A stretch of 62,553 nt of DNA, the filler included, from an uncultured bacterium (lineage in GTDB: Bacteria; DYJV01): the NCBI GenBank assembly GCA_964543655.1. It is 5 parts of 5 records of this genome, joined end to end, with 100 filler letters (N's around TTAATTAATTAA, not from the genome) between each part and the next. Parts side by side here need not be neighbours in the genome. Positions count along the whole stretch, not along the records: positions 21,555 to 47,071 come from CAZIZE010000030.1; 4 more parts are not named here. The stretch is one strand, 5' to 3'. The position numbers were made by a program, and so were the translations under genes. A model generated the notes under the pieces. That model did not search any database, was not told the DNA's origin, and saw only the letters and a list, made by a program, of their open reading frames with translations. Positions 31,496 to 41,772 of this stretch are shown here, in pieces (positions within the stretch are counted from its first letter, which is position 1; each line of letters opens with the position of its first letter).

Positions 31496-32581
31496 CTATA
31501 CTCTCCTGAATTCTGGATAACCTGAAATGTAAAAATCACTCCCTAATTTCTTTATTTTAAAATTCAATAAATTTAATGGATTTTTTAAAGAAAAAAGCTC
31601 TTCCCCATTATAAATTGGCATTGCATTTCCACATAGAATTTTATTAGAGTAAAAAATATATAGCTTATCAACTATTCTGTATTTCATTAGAAAATAGTTA
31701 AGTTTGCTGCCTCCTTCTGCAAATATATGGTAAATTTTATTTTTGTAAAGCTCTTTTGGTAAAGTTTTTAGATTAATGAAATTTTTCTCCTCTGGAAGAT
31801 AGATTGTACGAAATTCTTTTAAAAATGGATGATTATAGTTTTTAACAGAGGTAATTATTATAACTTTCTCTGGAATTTTAAAGACATTGTATGATTTATC
31901 AAAATTTAATGATTTTGAAATAATTATTTTAAATGGCTCTGAAATAACAGCCTCTCTTTTCCTAACATTAAGATAAGGGTTATCATTTCTAATAGTTTCA
32001 GCACCAACAAGAATAGCATCTGCAAAGTTTCTTAATTTATGGACAATTTGTCGAGATTTTTCAGAAGTAATCCATTTTGAATAACCACTATCCTCTGCGA
32101 TTTTTCCATCAAGAGTAGATGCTATTTTATGTGTAATAAAACTTTCTTTTTTTGTAATTAACTTTAAAAACACTTCATTTAATTCCCTGCATTTATCTTC
32201 TAAAATTCCAGTAATAACATTTATACCATGTTCTTTTAATTTTTTTATACCTTTTCCAGCAACAAGTGGATTGGGGTCAGTCATACCTATAAACACATTT
32301 TTAATTTTATTTTTAATAATTAAATCAGCACATGGTGGAGTTTTTCCATAATGAGAGCATGGTTCCAAATTTACATATAGAGATGCTCCTTCTGGAGTAA
32401 CTTTGCAATTATTAATAGCATTAACTTCTGCATGTGCAGAGCCAAATTTTTTATGATACCCTTCTCCTATAATTTCACCATTTTTTACAATTACCGCTCC
32501 AACAAGAGGATTTGGGTATGTTTTAGAGCCTGCTTTTTGAGCTAATTTAATAGCTCTTAACATTAATTTTTTATTTTGCAT
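31496..32581 (-). CDS. ribD: Riboflavin biosynthesis deaminase/reductase
   Basis: PNPLVGA, HAE, LEPCSHYGKTPPC, TLDGK, EGG. Confidence 0.97.
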   Translation of the reverse strand: MQNKKLMLRAIKLAQKAGSKTYPNPLVGAVIVKNGEIIGEGYHKKFGSAHAEVNAINNCKVTPEGASLYVNLEPCSHYGKTPPCADLIIKNKIKNVFIGMTDPNPLVAGKGIKKLKEHGINVITGILEDKCRELNEVFLKLITKKESFITHKIASTLDGKIAEDSGYSKWITSEKSRQIVHKLRNFADAILVGAETIRNDNPYLNVRKREAVISEPFKIIISKSLNFDKSYNVFKIPEKVIIITSVKNYNHPFLKEFRTIYLPEEKNFINLKTLPKELYKNKIYHIFAEGGSKLNYFLMKYRIVDKLYIFYSNKILCGNAMPIYNGEELFSLKNPLNLLNFKIKKLGSDFYISGYPEFRRV

Positions 32582-33338
32582 TTTTTTTATAAATGATTTT
32601 TAAACCTTCAAGAGTAAGGAATTCATCAACAAACTCTATTTCCTCTGATTCATTGGCAATTAGATTGGCAAGCCCACCAGTGGCAATTACTTTTGAATTT
32701 TCATCTGTTTCATTTTTCATCCTTTTGATAATTCCATCAACAAGTCCTGTATAACCAAAGTAAACACCAGCTTGAATAGCATTTATTGTGTTTGAAGCAA
32801 TTATTTTGTCAAGTTTTTTTAAATCAACATTTGGCAATTTACTTGTATTTTTAATTAAGGCACCAAGTGATACAGTAATTCCTGGGGCAATTGCACCTCC
32901 TTTGTAAACACCTCTGCTTGTAACAAAATCAAATGTAGTTGCAGTGCCAAAATCTACAACAATAACAGATGATTTAAACTTTTCATAAGCTGCAATTGCA
33001 TTAACAATTCTATCTGCACCAAGCTCTTTTGGATTATCCAGATGAATTGGCATACCAGTTTTAATACCAGGGGAAACAATTAAAGGTGAAATTTTAAAAT
33101 ATTTTTCACACATTTCTTTTATAATATGCTCAAGAGGAGGTACAACAGATGATATAATAATGCCTCTAATTTCTTCTCGTCTAATATTTGAGAAAAAGAA
33201 TATATTACAGAAATCAATACCATAGCTATCAATTGTTTTATTCAGGTCAGTAGGAAGACGCCAATGGCAATTAAGAATGTCGTTTAAAAAAGTGCCAAAA
33301 GTAATATTTGTATTTCCAATATCAATTACAAGCAACAT
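32571..33338 (-). CDS. coaX: Type III pantothenate kinase
   Basis: DIGNTN, LGADR, DFGTATT, ATGG. Confidence 0.97.
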   Translation of the reverse strand: MLLVIDIGNTNITFGTFLNDILNCHWRLPTDLNKTIDSYGIDFCNIFFFSNIRREEIRGIIISSVVPPLEHIIKEMCEKYFKISPLIVSPGIKTGMPIHLDNPKELGADRIVNAIAAYEKFKSSVIVVDFGTATTFDFVTSRGVYKGGAIAPGITVSLGALIKNTSKLPNVDLKKLDKIIASNTINAIQAGVYFGYTGLVDGIIKRMKNETDENSKVIATGGLANLIANESEEIEFVDEFLTLEGLKIIYKKNAK

Positions 33339-33441
33339 AGTTGTTATATATCATTATAATTTTAAAAATTCAATTGATAAAAATTTTAATGTTTGTTAAA
33401 CACTTAGATGATAGTGACTGGTTTAAAAGGAGGAGTAAGTT

Positions 33442-35511
33442 ATGAAAATTTTGGTGACAAGTGCCTTACCTTATGCAAATGGTCCAATACATATTGGGCA
33501 TTTAGTTGAATATATTCAGACAGATATTTATGTAAGATTTTTAAAATCCAAAGGAGAAGATGCTATTTATTGCTGTGCTGATGATACTCATGGCACTCCT
33601 ATTGAAATAAATGCTTCAACTCTTGGGGTTACCCCTGAGCAATTAATTGATAAGTATCATAAAGAGCATTATGAGGATTTTAAAACTTTTTTAGTAAATT
33701 TTGACAACTTTTACACAACAAATTCACCAGAGAACAAAGAGTTTAGCGATTTCTTTTTTACAACATTAAAAGCAAATGGTGATATTTATGAAAAAGAGGT
33801 TGAACTTACGTATTGTGAAAATTGTAAAAGATTTTTACCTGATAGATATGTTATTGGAACATGCCCTAAATGTAAAAGTGAAGAACAGTATGGTGATAAT
33901 TGTGAAAAGTGCAATGCCACATATGAGCCAGTTGAGCTGATTGACCCAAAGTGTATAATTTGCTCTCATACTCCTGTTAGAAAAAAATCAAGGCATTACT
34001 TTTTTAAATTATCCAACTATTCTGAAAAACTTAAACAATGGTTAACTCATAATAACAAACTACAAAAAGAAGTTAAAAATTATGTTCTCAATTGGATTAA
34101 TGAAGGTTTGAAAGATTGGGATATTACAAGAGATGCACCATATTTTGGATTTAAAATAGTAGGGGAGGAAGATAAGTATTACTATGTGTGGCTTGATGCA
34201 CCAATTGGGTATATTGCAAGCTGTAGAAATTACTGTGATAAAAATGGAATGGATTATAAAGAGTATTGGAAATCAGAAAATGGGAAAATAATACATTTTA
34301 TAGGTAAAGATATTATATATTTTCATTTTCTATTCTGGCCTGCAATGTTAATGGGAGTAGGTTTTAATCTTCCAGACAATATAGTGGTACATGGATTTTT
34401 AACCATAAATAATCAAAAGATGAGTAAATCAAGGGGGACTTTTATTACTGCAAAAGATTTTGCAAAAAAAGTTAATCCAGAGTATTTGAGATTTTATTAT
34501 GCTGCAATTCTTTCTCATTCTCTTAAAGATATTAATCTTGATACAGAAGATTTAAAAAATAGAATTAATTCAGAATTAATAGATAATTTTGGTAATCTTG
34601 CAAATAGGTGCCTTACTTTTCTATATAAAAATTTCAATGGAGAGCTTACAGAGTTCTCTTTTAAAGATTTAGAAAATAAAATTTTACAAATGGCAGATGA
34701 AGCAGTTAATTTCTATAATGAACTTGATTTAAATCAAACTGTGAGAAAAATAATGGAAATAGGGTTGGTTGCAAATAAATTTTTTCAAGATAGCGCACCT
34801 TGGAGCTTAATAAAAGAAAATAGGAAAAAAGCTCAGGAAGTATTATCATTTACAGTTAATGTTATAAAAATTATGGGTGCACTATTAAAGCCAATTGTAC
34901 CATTTGCTATTTCAAAACTTGAGAAAACTTTTGGTAATGCAGATTTTACCATAAAGGATAGTTTAAATTTTAACTTAAAAGAGGGAGCTATTTTAAAACC
35001 AAAAATATTATTTAGAAAATTGGAAGATGTGAATTTAATACAGCAGCCACCATCTGCAAAGCTTGTTTTAAGAGCAGGTAAAATAGTAGAGGTTAAAGAG
35101 CATCCTGATGCTGATAAATTGTACATTTTAAAAGTTGATTTCAAAGATGAAGCAAGGACAATAGTTTCTGGTATTAGAGAGTTTTATACAAAAGAAGAGC
35201 TTTTAAATAAAACAGCACTATTTGTTTACAATCTTAAGCCTGCAAAAATTAGAGGTGTTGAAAGTAATGGCATGATTTTGGCAGCTAAATCTGAAGGTAT
35301 GTTAGGTATTATTTTAACAGATGCACCTTATGGAGAGTATGCAGATATTGAAAGTATTGAAGTGGATAAAAATAGCAAAATAACCATAAAGGATTTTCAA
35401 AAAATAAAATTATATTCAGATGGGGAAAAGCTCTTTTCTGATTCCAATGAGATTTTTATTAAACTTTACAGAATTTTCCCCGATAAAGGCATAAAAGGTG
35501 AGGTTGGTTAA
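33442..35511 (+). CDS. metG: Methionine--tRNA ligase with C-terminal tRNA-binding (Trbp111-like) domain
   Basis: SALPYANG, HIGH, four CxxC pairs, YVWLDAPIGY, KMSKS, HPDADKL. Confidence 0.97.
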   Translation: MKILVTSALPYANGPIHIGHLVEYIQTDIYVRFLKSKGEDAIYCCADDTHGTPIEINASTLGVTPEQLIDKYHKEHYEDFKTFLVNFDNFYTTNSPENKEFSDFFFTTLKANGDIYEKEVELTYCENCKRFLPDRYVIGTCPKCKSEEQYGDNCEKCNATYEPVELIDPKCIICSHTPVRKKSRHYFFKLSNYSEKLKQWLTHNNKLQKEVKNYVLNWINEGLKDWDITRDAPYFGFKIVGEEDKYYYVWLDAPIGYIASCRNYCDKNGMDYKEYWKSENGKIIHFIGKDIIYFHFLFWPAMLMGVGFNLPDNIVVHGFLTINNQKMSKSRGTFITAKDFAKKVNPEYLRFYYAAILSHSLKDINLDTEDLKNRINSELIDNFGNLANRCLTFLYKNFNGELTEFSFKDLENKILQMADEAVNFYNELDLNQTVRKIMEIGLVANKFFQDSAPWSLIKENRKKAQEVLSFTVNVIKIMGALLKPIVPFAISKLEKTFGNADFTIKDSLNFNLKEGAILKPKILFRKLEDVNLIQQPPSAKLVLRAGKIVEVKEHPDADKLYILKVDFKDEARTIVSGIREFYTKEELLNKTALFVYNLKPAKIRGVESNGMILAAKSEGMLGIILTDAPYGEYADIESIEVDKNSKITIKDFQKIKLYSDGEKLFSDSNEIFIKLYRIFPDKGIKGEVG

Positions 35512-36143
35512 TGCTTAAATTTGATAACAATCAACTGATCAATGTGTCAAAAACCTTCAGGGGAGAAAACTTTTATGCTAATATTCTTGCAAATGTAAAT
35601 AACACATTGATAATAACCCGTCCATATAAAGAGGTAGAACCCGGTAAATTTCGATATTTAGAATATTTAGCTCCTCGAAGTATGCTGTATGGTGATTATG
35701 AGTTTGATGGTGTGCATTACTATTTTAGGACAATAGTAATTAAAAGTAGTTATACCCCTTTTCCCCATGTAATTTTAAAAGAGCCAGAAAAAAATGATAT
35801 TAAAACAAAGATTTTAAGAAAAGCTTCAAGATACAAAACAATATTACCTTTGAGAATTTCAGAAACAGATGAAGAATCTCATGTTGAGTTTGAAGAGGTT
35901 TATTCACTTGACATTTCTTTAACAGGTATAGGGATACTTTCATACTCTGATTTGCCCAATAGATTTAATGCTAAATTCTTTTCTGGTATCAAGGATATTC
36001 AATTAACCTGTGAAGTAAAGAAGAAAAAGAAGAATATATTTGATAATTTTAACTTGTATGGTTGTGAAATAGTGGAGATTTCAGATAAAAATTTTTTTGA
36101 AAGATTTATTAATAATTTAAGAATCATAATGGAAACAAAATAG
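35511..36143 (+). CDS. PilZ-domain (YcgR/flagellar brake-like) c-di-GMP receptor
   Basis: RKASR (RxxxR) and DISLTG (DxSxxG) motifs after an N-terminal beta-rich domain. Confidence 0.7.
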   Translation: MLKFDNNQLINVSKTFRGENFYANILANVNNTLIITRPYKEVEPGKFRYLEYLAPRSMLYGDYEFDGVHYYFRTIVIKSSYTPFPHVILKEPEKNDIKTKILRKASRYKTILPLRISETDEESHVEFEEVYSLDISLTGIGILSYSDLPNRFNAKFFSGIKDIQLTCEVKKKKKNIFDNFNLYGCEIVEISDKNFFERFINNLRIIMETK

Positions 36144-37076
36144 ATATTCATTGTCAGATATTTTTATCTTAGGTGGAGCCTTTTCTTTGCAAATATTAGA
36201 GGCATTTTTGCATCTATTATAAAATCTGCAGCCCTTCCCAAATGAGAAAATATCAGGTATTGTGCCTTCAATTGTGGTTAATCTTGAAACCTTTTTATTT
36301 ATTGGTGGAAAAGCTTTAATTAACCCTTTTGAGTAAGGATGTAAAGGATTAGTCAATATATTTCTTTTTTCCCTTTTTTCTATTATTTTTCCACCATACA
36401 TTACAATTACCTCATCAGCAATTTCAGCAACAATTCTAAAATCATGAGTTATAAATATAACAGAGAGATTATGTTCTCTTGCTAACTCCTTAATCAATTC
36501 AATTATCTCTTTCTGTATGGAAACATCAAGAGCAGTTGTAGGCTCATCTGCAATTAATATTTCAGGATTACAGCAGAGAGCTATTGCAATCATAACCCTT
36601 TGTCTCATGCCACCACTGAGTTGATGAGGGTACATGTTAAAAATTTTTTCAGGTTTTGGTAGCATTGCTTTTTTGAAGAAATTGATGCCAATATCTTTTG
36701 CTTCATTTTTAGGTATATTTTTGTGAGTTAGAATTGTTTCAACTATCTGCTCTCCAACTGAGAACACAGGATTAAGAGAATTTAATGGATCCTGAAAAAT
36801 AATAGATATTTTTGAGCCTCTAATTTTTCTTATTTGATTGGAGTGAAGTTTTAATAAATCAGAATTATTGAAAATTATTTTTCCTGATACAATTTTACCA
36901 GGAAATTCTATTAATCTCAAAATAGAATATGCAGTAACACTTTTTCCAGAACCAGATTCTCCAACAATTGTAACAATTTTCCCTTCCGGGACATTAAAAG
37001 AAATACCATCAACAGCCTTTCCTATGCCTCTGTTTGTGAAAAAATAGGTTTTAAGATTCTCAACTCTAAGTTTCAT
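36117..37076 (-). CDS. Oligopeptide/dipeptide ABC ATP-binding protein (OppD/DppD)
   Basis: GESGSGKS, YPHQLSGGMRQRV, HPYSKGL, C-terminal GCRFYNRC. Confidence 0.93.
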   Translation of the reverse strand: MKLRVENLKTYFFTNRGIGKAVDGISFNVPEGKIVTIVGESGSGKSVTAYSILRLIEFPGKIVSGKIIFNNSDLLKLHSNQIRKIRGSKISIIFQDPLNSLNPVFSVGEQIVETILTHKNIPKNEAKDIGINFFKKAMLPKPEKIFNMYPHQLSGGMRQRVMIAIALCCNPEILIADEPTTALDVSIQKEIIELIKELAREHNLSVIFITHDFRIVAEIADEVIVMYGGKIIEKREKRNILTNPLHPYSKGLIKAFPPINKKVSRLTTIEGTIPDIFSFGKGCRFYNRCKNASNICKEKAPPKIKISDNEYLFCFHYDS

Positions 37077-37188
37077 TAAAAGTTTTATTATAAGATTTTA
37101 ATTTAAAAATCAAACCATAAATATTCCTTGATTTTAAAAAAAAAATAGTATAGTTTCAAAAATCATTAATTTTTGAGCTGGAGGTGTT

Positions 37189-38667
37189 ATGAATACTGAA
37201 AATCAATTGAGAAAACAGAGACTTGAAAAATTAAATAAGTTAGATGAAAAATATCCTAATGATTTTAAACCAGATAGCTATAGTAATGAAATTATTGAAA
37301 AATACTCAGAAACTCCAAAAGATGAGTTAGAAAAAATTAATAAGAAATTTAAATTAGCTGGAAGATTAATGGCTATAAGAGATTTTGGGAAAGCCTCATT
37401 TGCAGTTTTACAAGATTTCAAAGGGAAAATTCAACTTTATTTTCATAAAAAGGTTTTAAAAGAGCAATATGATTTTTTTAAAGATGTGGTTGATATTGGT
37501 GATATTATTGGAGTGGAGGGTTCTATTTTTAAAACCAAAACAGGTGAGTTGACAATTCTTGTTGAGAATTTTAAAGTTTTGACAAAGAGTCTACGACCTT
37601 TACCAGAGAAATGGCATGGACTAACTGATAAAGAGAAGCGATATAGACAGAGATACGTTGATTTAATAATAAATCAAGATGTAAAAAATGTTTTTTTAAT
37701 GAGAAATAAGATAATTAAATTAATAAGAGAATTTTTTGATAATAGAGATTTTATTGAAGTTGAAACTCCTATGATGCATCCAATTGCTGGTGGTGCAACA
37801 GCGAAACCTTTTGAAACTTATCACAATGCTTTAAATATGAAGCTTTATCTTAGAATAGCACCAGAGCTTTATTTGAAAAGACTTGTTGTAGGTGGTTTTG
37901 ATAGAGTTTATGAGATTAACAGAAATTTCAGGAATGAAGGCATTTCCATTCAACATAATCCAGAATTTACCATGGTAGAATTTTATATGGCTTATGCTAC
38001 TTTTCTTGATTTAATGTCCTTTACTGAGGAGCTTTTTAGTTTCCTTGCAGAAAGTTTATTTGGCTCAAAAAAAATAGTTTACCTTGATGAAGAGATTGAC
38101 TTTACACCACCCTGGGATCATCTAACAGTTAAAGAAGCAATTGTTAAATATTCTGATGGTTATGTTGAGGAAGAGGAACAACTTGATAATATAGATTTTT
38201 TAAAAGAGTATGCAAAAAAGTTGGAACTTGATTTAAAGGGTAATGAGCCAAAAGGAAAGATTTTAACAGAGATATTTGAAGAAGTTGCAGAGAAAAAGCT
38301 TATCCAGCCAACATTTATTACAGAGTTTCCAGTTGAAGTATCTCCTCTTGCAAGAAAAAATGTTGAAGAGCCTGAGGTTGTTGATAGGTTTGAGCTCTAT
38401 ATTTATGGAAGGGAAATTGCCAATGCCTTTAGTGAGTTAAATGATCCTATTGACCAAAAAGAGAGGTTCCTAAAACAGCTTGAAGAGAAAAAGAAAGGGG
38501 ATGAAGAAGCACATAGCATGGATGAAGATTATATTAGGGCTTTAGAGTATGGATTGCCACCAACTGCAGGAGAAGGTATAGGAATAGATAGACTTGTTAT
38601 GCTTTTTACAAATCAACCATCAATTAGGGATGTAATCTTGTTTCCTCATTTGAGACCAGAGAAATAG
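37189..38667 (+). CDS. lysS: Lysine--tRNA ligase, class II
   Basis: [38 protein letters not shown]. Confidence 0.98.
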   Translation: MNTENQLRKQRLEKLNKLDEKYPNDFKPDSYSNEIIEKYSETPKDELEKINKKFKLAGRLMAIRDFGKASFAVLQDFKGKIQLYFHKKVLKEQYDFFKDVVDIGDIIGVEGSIFKTKTGELTILVENFKVLTKSLRPLPEKWHGLTDKEKRYRQRYVDLIINQDVKNVFLMRNKIIKLIREFFDNRDFIEVETPMMHPIAGGATAKPFETYHNALNMKLYLRIAPELYLKRLVVGGFDRVYEINRNFRNEGISIQHNPEFTMVEFYMAYATFLDLMSFTEELFSFLAESLFGSKKIVYLDEEIDFTPPWDHLTVKEAIVKYSDGYVEEEEQLDNIDFLKEYAKKLELDLKGNEPKGKILTEIFEEVAEKKLIQPTFITEFPVEVSPLARKNVEEPEVVDRFELYIYGREIANAFSELNDPIDQKERFLKQLEEKKKGDEEAHSMDEDYIRALEYGLPPTAGEGIGIDRLVMLFTNQPSIRDVILFPHLRPEK

Positions 38668-38702
38668 TTGGTTGACTACTGCTAAAATTTTTATAAAAGC
38701 AT

Positions 38703-39935
38703 ATGAATTTATTAAAAAATTATAAATTAGCAACAGCAATTAAATACCTTAAATCTAAGAGAAGAGAGAAATTTATCTCTTTTATTACAATTATCTCCAT
38801 ATTTGGTGTTATCCTTGGCGTAATGACTCTTATTATTGTAATTTCAGTAATGAATGGATTTGAGAGTCAGTTAAGAAATAAAATTTTAGGTGTTAATTCT
38901 GATATTGTGATTTTAAAATTTGGTGATAATATTGAAAATTTTAAGCCATTAATAAAAAAAATTATTAAAATTAAAGGAGTTAAAGGTGTTACTCCTTTTA
39001 TATACAAACAGGCTATGCTTTCTTCCAGAGGGGCCGTTTCAGGAGTGGTTGTTAGAGGTGTAGATCTTAAATATGATCAAAAAGTAACCATATTCACCAA
39101 GTCGATTATTCGTGGTAGTAGTAAATGTCTATTAAAACAAAATTCAAATTGTATAATTATTGGGAAAGAACTTGCAAATATTCTTGGAGTTGGTGTTGGA
39201 GATAAAATTAATATGGTTTCACCTTTTGGAAGAATGACCCCAATGGGTATGATTCCCAAAATGAAAAAATTTGTAGTAGGTGGTATTTTTACAACAGGTA
39301 TGTATGATTATGATTCAAGTTTATCGTATATATCCATGAAAAGTGCGCAGAATTTTTTCAATATGGGTAAAAAAATAACAGGACTTGAAATAAAAGTTAA
39401 AGATATTTACAAAGTTAAAGAAATAGCCAAAAAAATAAAAGTAGCCCTTGGATATCCATATTGGGTGAGAGATTGGATGGAGATGAACAGGAACCTGTTT
39501 TCAGCATTAAAACTTGAGCAGGTGACAATGTTTATTATTTTGACACTTATAATATTTGTAGCAGCTTTTAATATAGCAAGTACACTTATAATGATGGTAA
39601 TGGAAAAAAATAAAGATATTGCTATATTAAAAACTGTCGGTGCCAAGAGCAAAGATATTATGCATATTTTTATCTATGAAGGTTTGATTATTGGTGTTGT
39701 TGGCACATTCATAGGAGCTTTGCTTGGCATTTTTACATGCTTTTTATTAAAAAAATATAAGTTTATTTCTCTACCAAAAGATGTATATTATATTTCTACT
39801 TTACCTGTTGAAATAAATATGTTAAAAATATTTATAATAATTTTAGCATCTATTTTAATCTGTTTTTTAGCTACAATTTATCCTGCATGGCAGGCAGCAA
39901 GACTAAAACCATCAGAAATTTTGAGGTATGAATAA
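38703..39935 (+). CDS. lolE: Lipoprotein-releasing ABC permease (LolC/E)
   Basis: SVMNGF, WMEMNRNLFSALKLE, EKNKDIAILK, PSEILRYE. Confidence 0.92.
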   Translation: MNLLKNYKLATAIKYLKSKRREKFISFITIISIFGVILGVMTLIIVISVMNGFESQLRNKILGVNSDIVILKFGDNIENFKPLIKKIIKIKGVKGVTPFIYKQAMLSSRGAVSGVVVRGVDLKYDQKVTIFTKSIIRGSSKCLLKQNSNCIIIGKELANILGVGVGDKINMVSPFGRMTPMGMIPKMKKFVVGGIFTTGMYDYDSSLSYISMKSAQNFFNMGKKITGLEIKVKDIYKVKEIAKKIKVALGYPYWVRDWMEMNRNLFSALKLEQVTMFIILTLIIFVAAFNIASTLIMMVMEKNKDIAILKTVGAKSKDIMHIFIYEGLIIGVVGTFIGALLGIFTCFLLKKYKFISLPKDVYYISTLPVEINMLKIFIIILASILICFLATIYPAWQAARLKPSEILRYE

Positions 39936-41086
39936 TGTTGAAAAGCAATTATGGTTTTAAATTAAGAAATGAAAAAGATTATATTGCTCAGCTTAGATTA
40001 AATCCAGATAATATTCATGCAAGGTTAAGATTAGCTGATCTATATTTGAGAAAAAAGAAGAAGCAGAAGGCTCTTGAGCAGTATAAAACAGTTGCTGAAA
40101 AATTACAGATGATTGGTAAAACTCATAGTGCATTTGCTATATTTAAATTGATATACAATATTGATCCTCATTGGCAAGATATAGAAGAACTGTTATTTCA
40201 AAAGAAAGCCAATCACAAACTATTATCAACTGAGAAATTTTGTGAAAGTGAATTGAAAAAAATTTTAAAACAGGTTGAGTTATTTAAGGGGCTTAATGAT
40301 TCTGATATAGAGCAACTTTGTGGTACTGTTGAGATTAGAAAATTTTTACCTGGTGAAACTATTATCAGACAGGGAGAAGAAGGTGACTCTATCTTTATAA
40401 TTTTACAGGGTTCTGTAAAAGTTTATTACAATGATGAAATAGGAAAAATACTTGAACTTAGCTATTTAACAAAAGGTGATTTTTTTGGTGAGATGGGTTT
40501 TTTTGGAAATAATATTCGTAGAGCATCAGTTGATTCAGTTGATGAATCAATAATCATTGAATTAAAGAAAGCAGATGTTGATAATCTTATTAAGAAACAT
40601 AGAAATATAGAAGAAATATTATTAAAATTTTATAAAGAAAGAATTCTTGACCTAATTGTTGCAACTACGCCTATTTTTTATCCTCTTGATGTTGATGTGA
40701 GGAAGGAATTAGTTAAAAATTTTAATTTAAAAAAGTATCGAAAAGGTGAATTTATTATAAAAGAAGGTGAATCAAGTGATGCAATGTTTATTATAAAATC
40801 TGGTAAAGTTGCAGTGGAGAAAAATGGACAGTCTCTTGCAGAGCTTGGACCAAGTGATTTCTTTGGAGAAATAGGGCTTGTAACAGGGCAGAAAAGAACA
40901 GCAGACATTATTGCATTAACAGATGTTGAGTTAATGGAGTTAAAGAAAAGTGATGTTGATGTGATTATCAGTAAATATCCGGAAGTTCTTGAAATCTTGA
41001 AAGATTTTATCCATCAGAGAACATCTGATACCTTTTCAAAATTAATGGAACTAAAAAGATTATCAGCCAAAAAAGGGTTAGTATAA
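39935..41086 (+). CDS. Protein with N-terminal TPR and two cyclic-nucleotide-binding domains
   Basis: FFGEMGFFGNNIRRAS and FFGEIGLVTGQKRTAD cassettes; TPR-like N-terminus; no HTH. Confidence 0.85.
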   Translation: MLKSNYGFKLRNEKDYIAQLRLNPDNIHARLRLADLYLRKKKKQKALEQYKTVAEKLQMIGKTHSAFAIFKLIYNIDPHWQDIEELLFQKKANHKLLSTEKFCESELKKILKQVELFKGLNDSDIEQLCGTVEIRKFLPGETIIRQGEEGDSIFIILQGSVKVYYNDEIGKILELSYLTKGDFFGEMGFFGNNIRRASVDSVDESIIIELKKADVDNLIKKHRNIEEILLKFYKERILDLIVATTPIFYPLDVDVRKELVKNFNLKKYRKGEFIIKEGESSDAMFIIKSGKVAVEKNGQSLAELGPSDFFGEIGLVTGQKRTADIIALTDVELMELKKSDVDVIISKYPEVLEILKDFIHQRTSDTFSKLMELKRLSAKKGLV

Positions 41087-41088
41087 TT

Positions 41089-41772
41089 TTGGAGTTATTA
41101 ATAGAAACCAGAAATTTATATAAAAATTTTCGAAAAGATTCACAAAGTATTGATGTTTTAAAAAATATAAATCTTAAAATATTTAAAGGAGACAAAGTTG
41201 CAATAGTAGGTAAATCTGGTGCTGGTAAAACAACGTTGTTGCATATTATGGGAACTTTAGAGTTACCCTCAGAGGGAGAAATATTTTTTAAAAATAGAGA
41301 TATAACCAACCTGTCTGAAAATCAATTAGCTTCTCTTAGGGGTAAAAATATAGGATTTGTTTTTCAGTTTCATTATCTGATAAATGAATTTACTGCAATA
41401 GAGAATGTTGTTCTTCCAGCAGTAGTAAATGGATTTAAAGATAAAAATATATATGAAAGAGCAAATTTTTTATTGGATAAATTAGGACTTGGTAAAAGAA
41501 AAAAGCATAAACCTTCAGAATTATCTGGAGGAGAACAACAGAGACTTGCAATTGCAAGGGCATTAATAAATAATCCTGAAATTTTGCTTGCTGATGAACC
41601 TACAGGAAATCTTGATACACAAACATCACAGGAGACATTTGATCTATTAGATGAAATTTATAATGAAATAGAAATGACTATTGTAATTGTTACTCATAAC
41701 AGAGAATTAGCAGATAGATTTGAAAGAAAAATTATTTTAGAAGATGGTTATGTCAAAGCAGAAATTAATTAA
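41089..41772 (+). CDS. lolD: Lipoprotein-releasing ABC ATP-binding protein
   Basis: GKSGAGKTT, GFVFQFHYL, LSGGEQQR, ADEPTGNLD. Confidence 0.93.
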   Translation: MELLIETRNLYKNFRKDSQSIDVLKNINLKIFKGDKVAIVGKSGAGKTTLLHIMGTLELPSEGEIFFKNRDITNLSENQLASLRGKNIGFVFQFHYLINEFTAIENVVLPAVVNGFKDKNIYERANFLLDKLGLGKRKKHKPSELSGGEQQRLAIARALINNPEILLADEPTGNLDTQTSQETFDLLDEIYNEIEMTIVIVTHNRELADRFERKIILEDGYVKAEIN

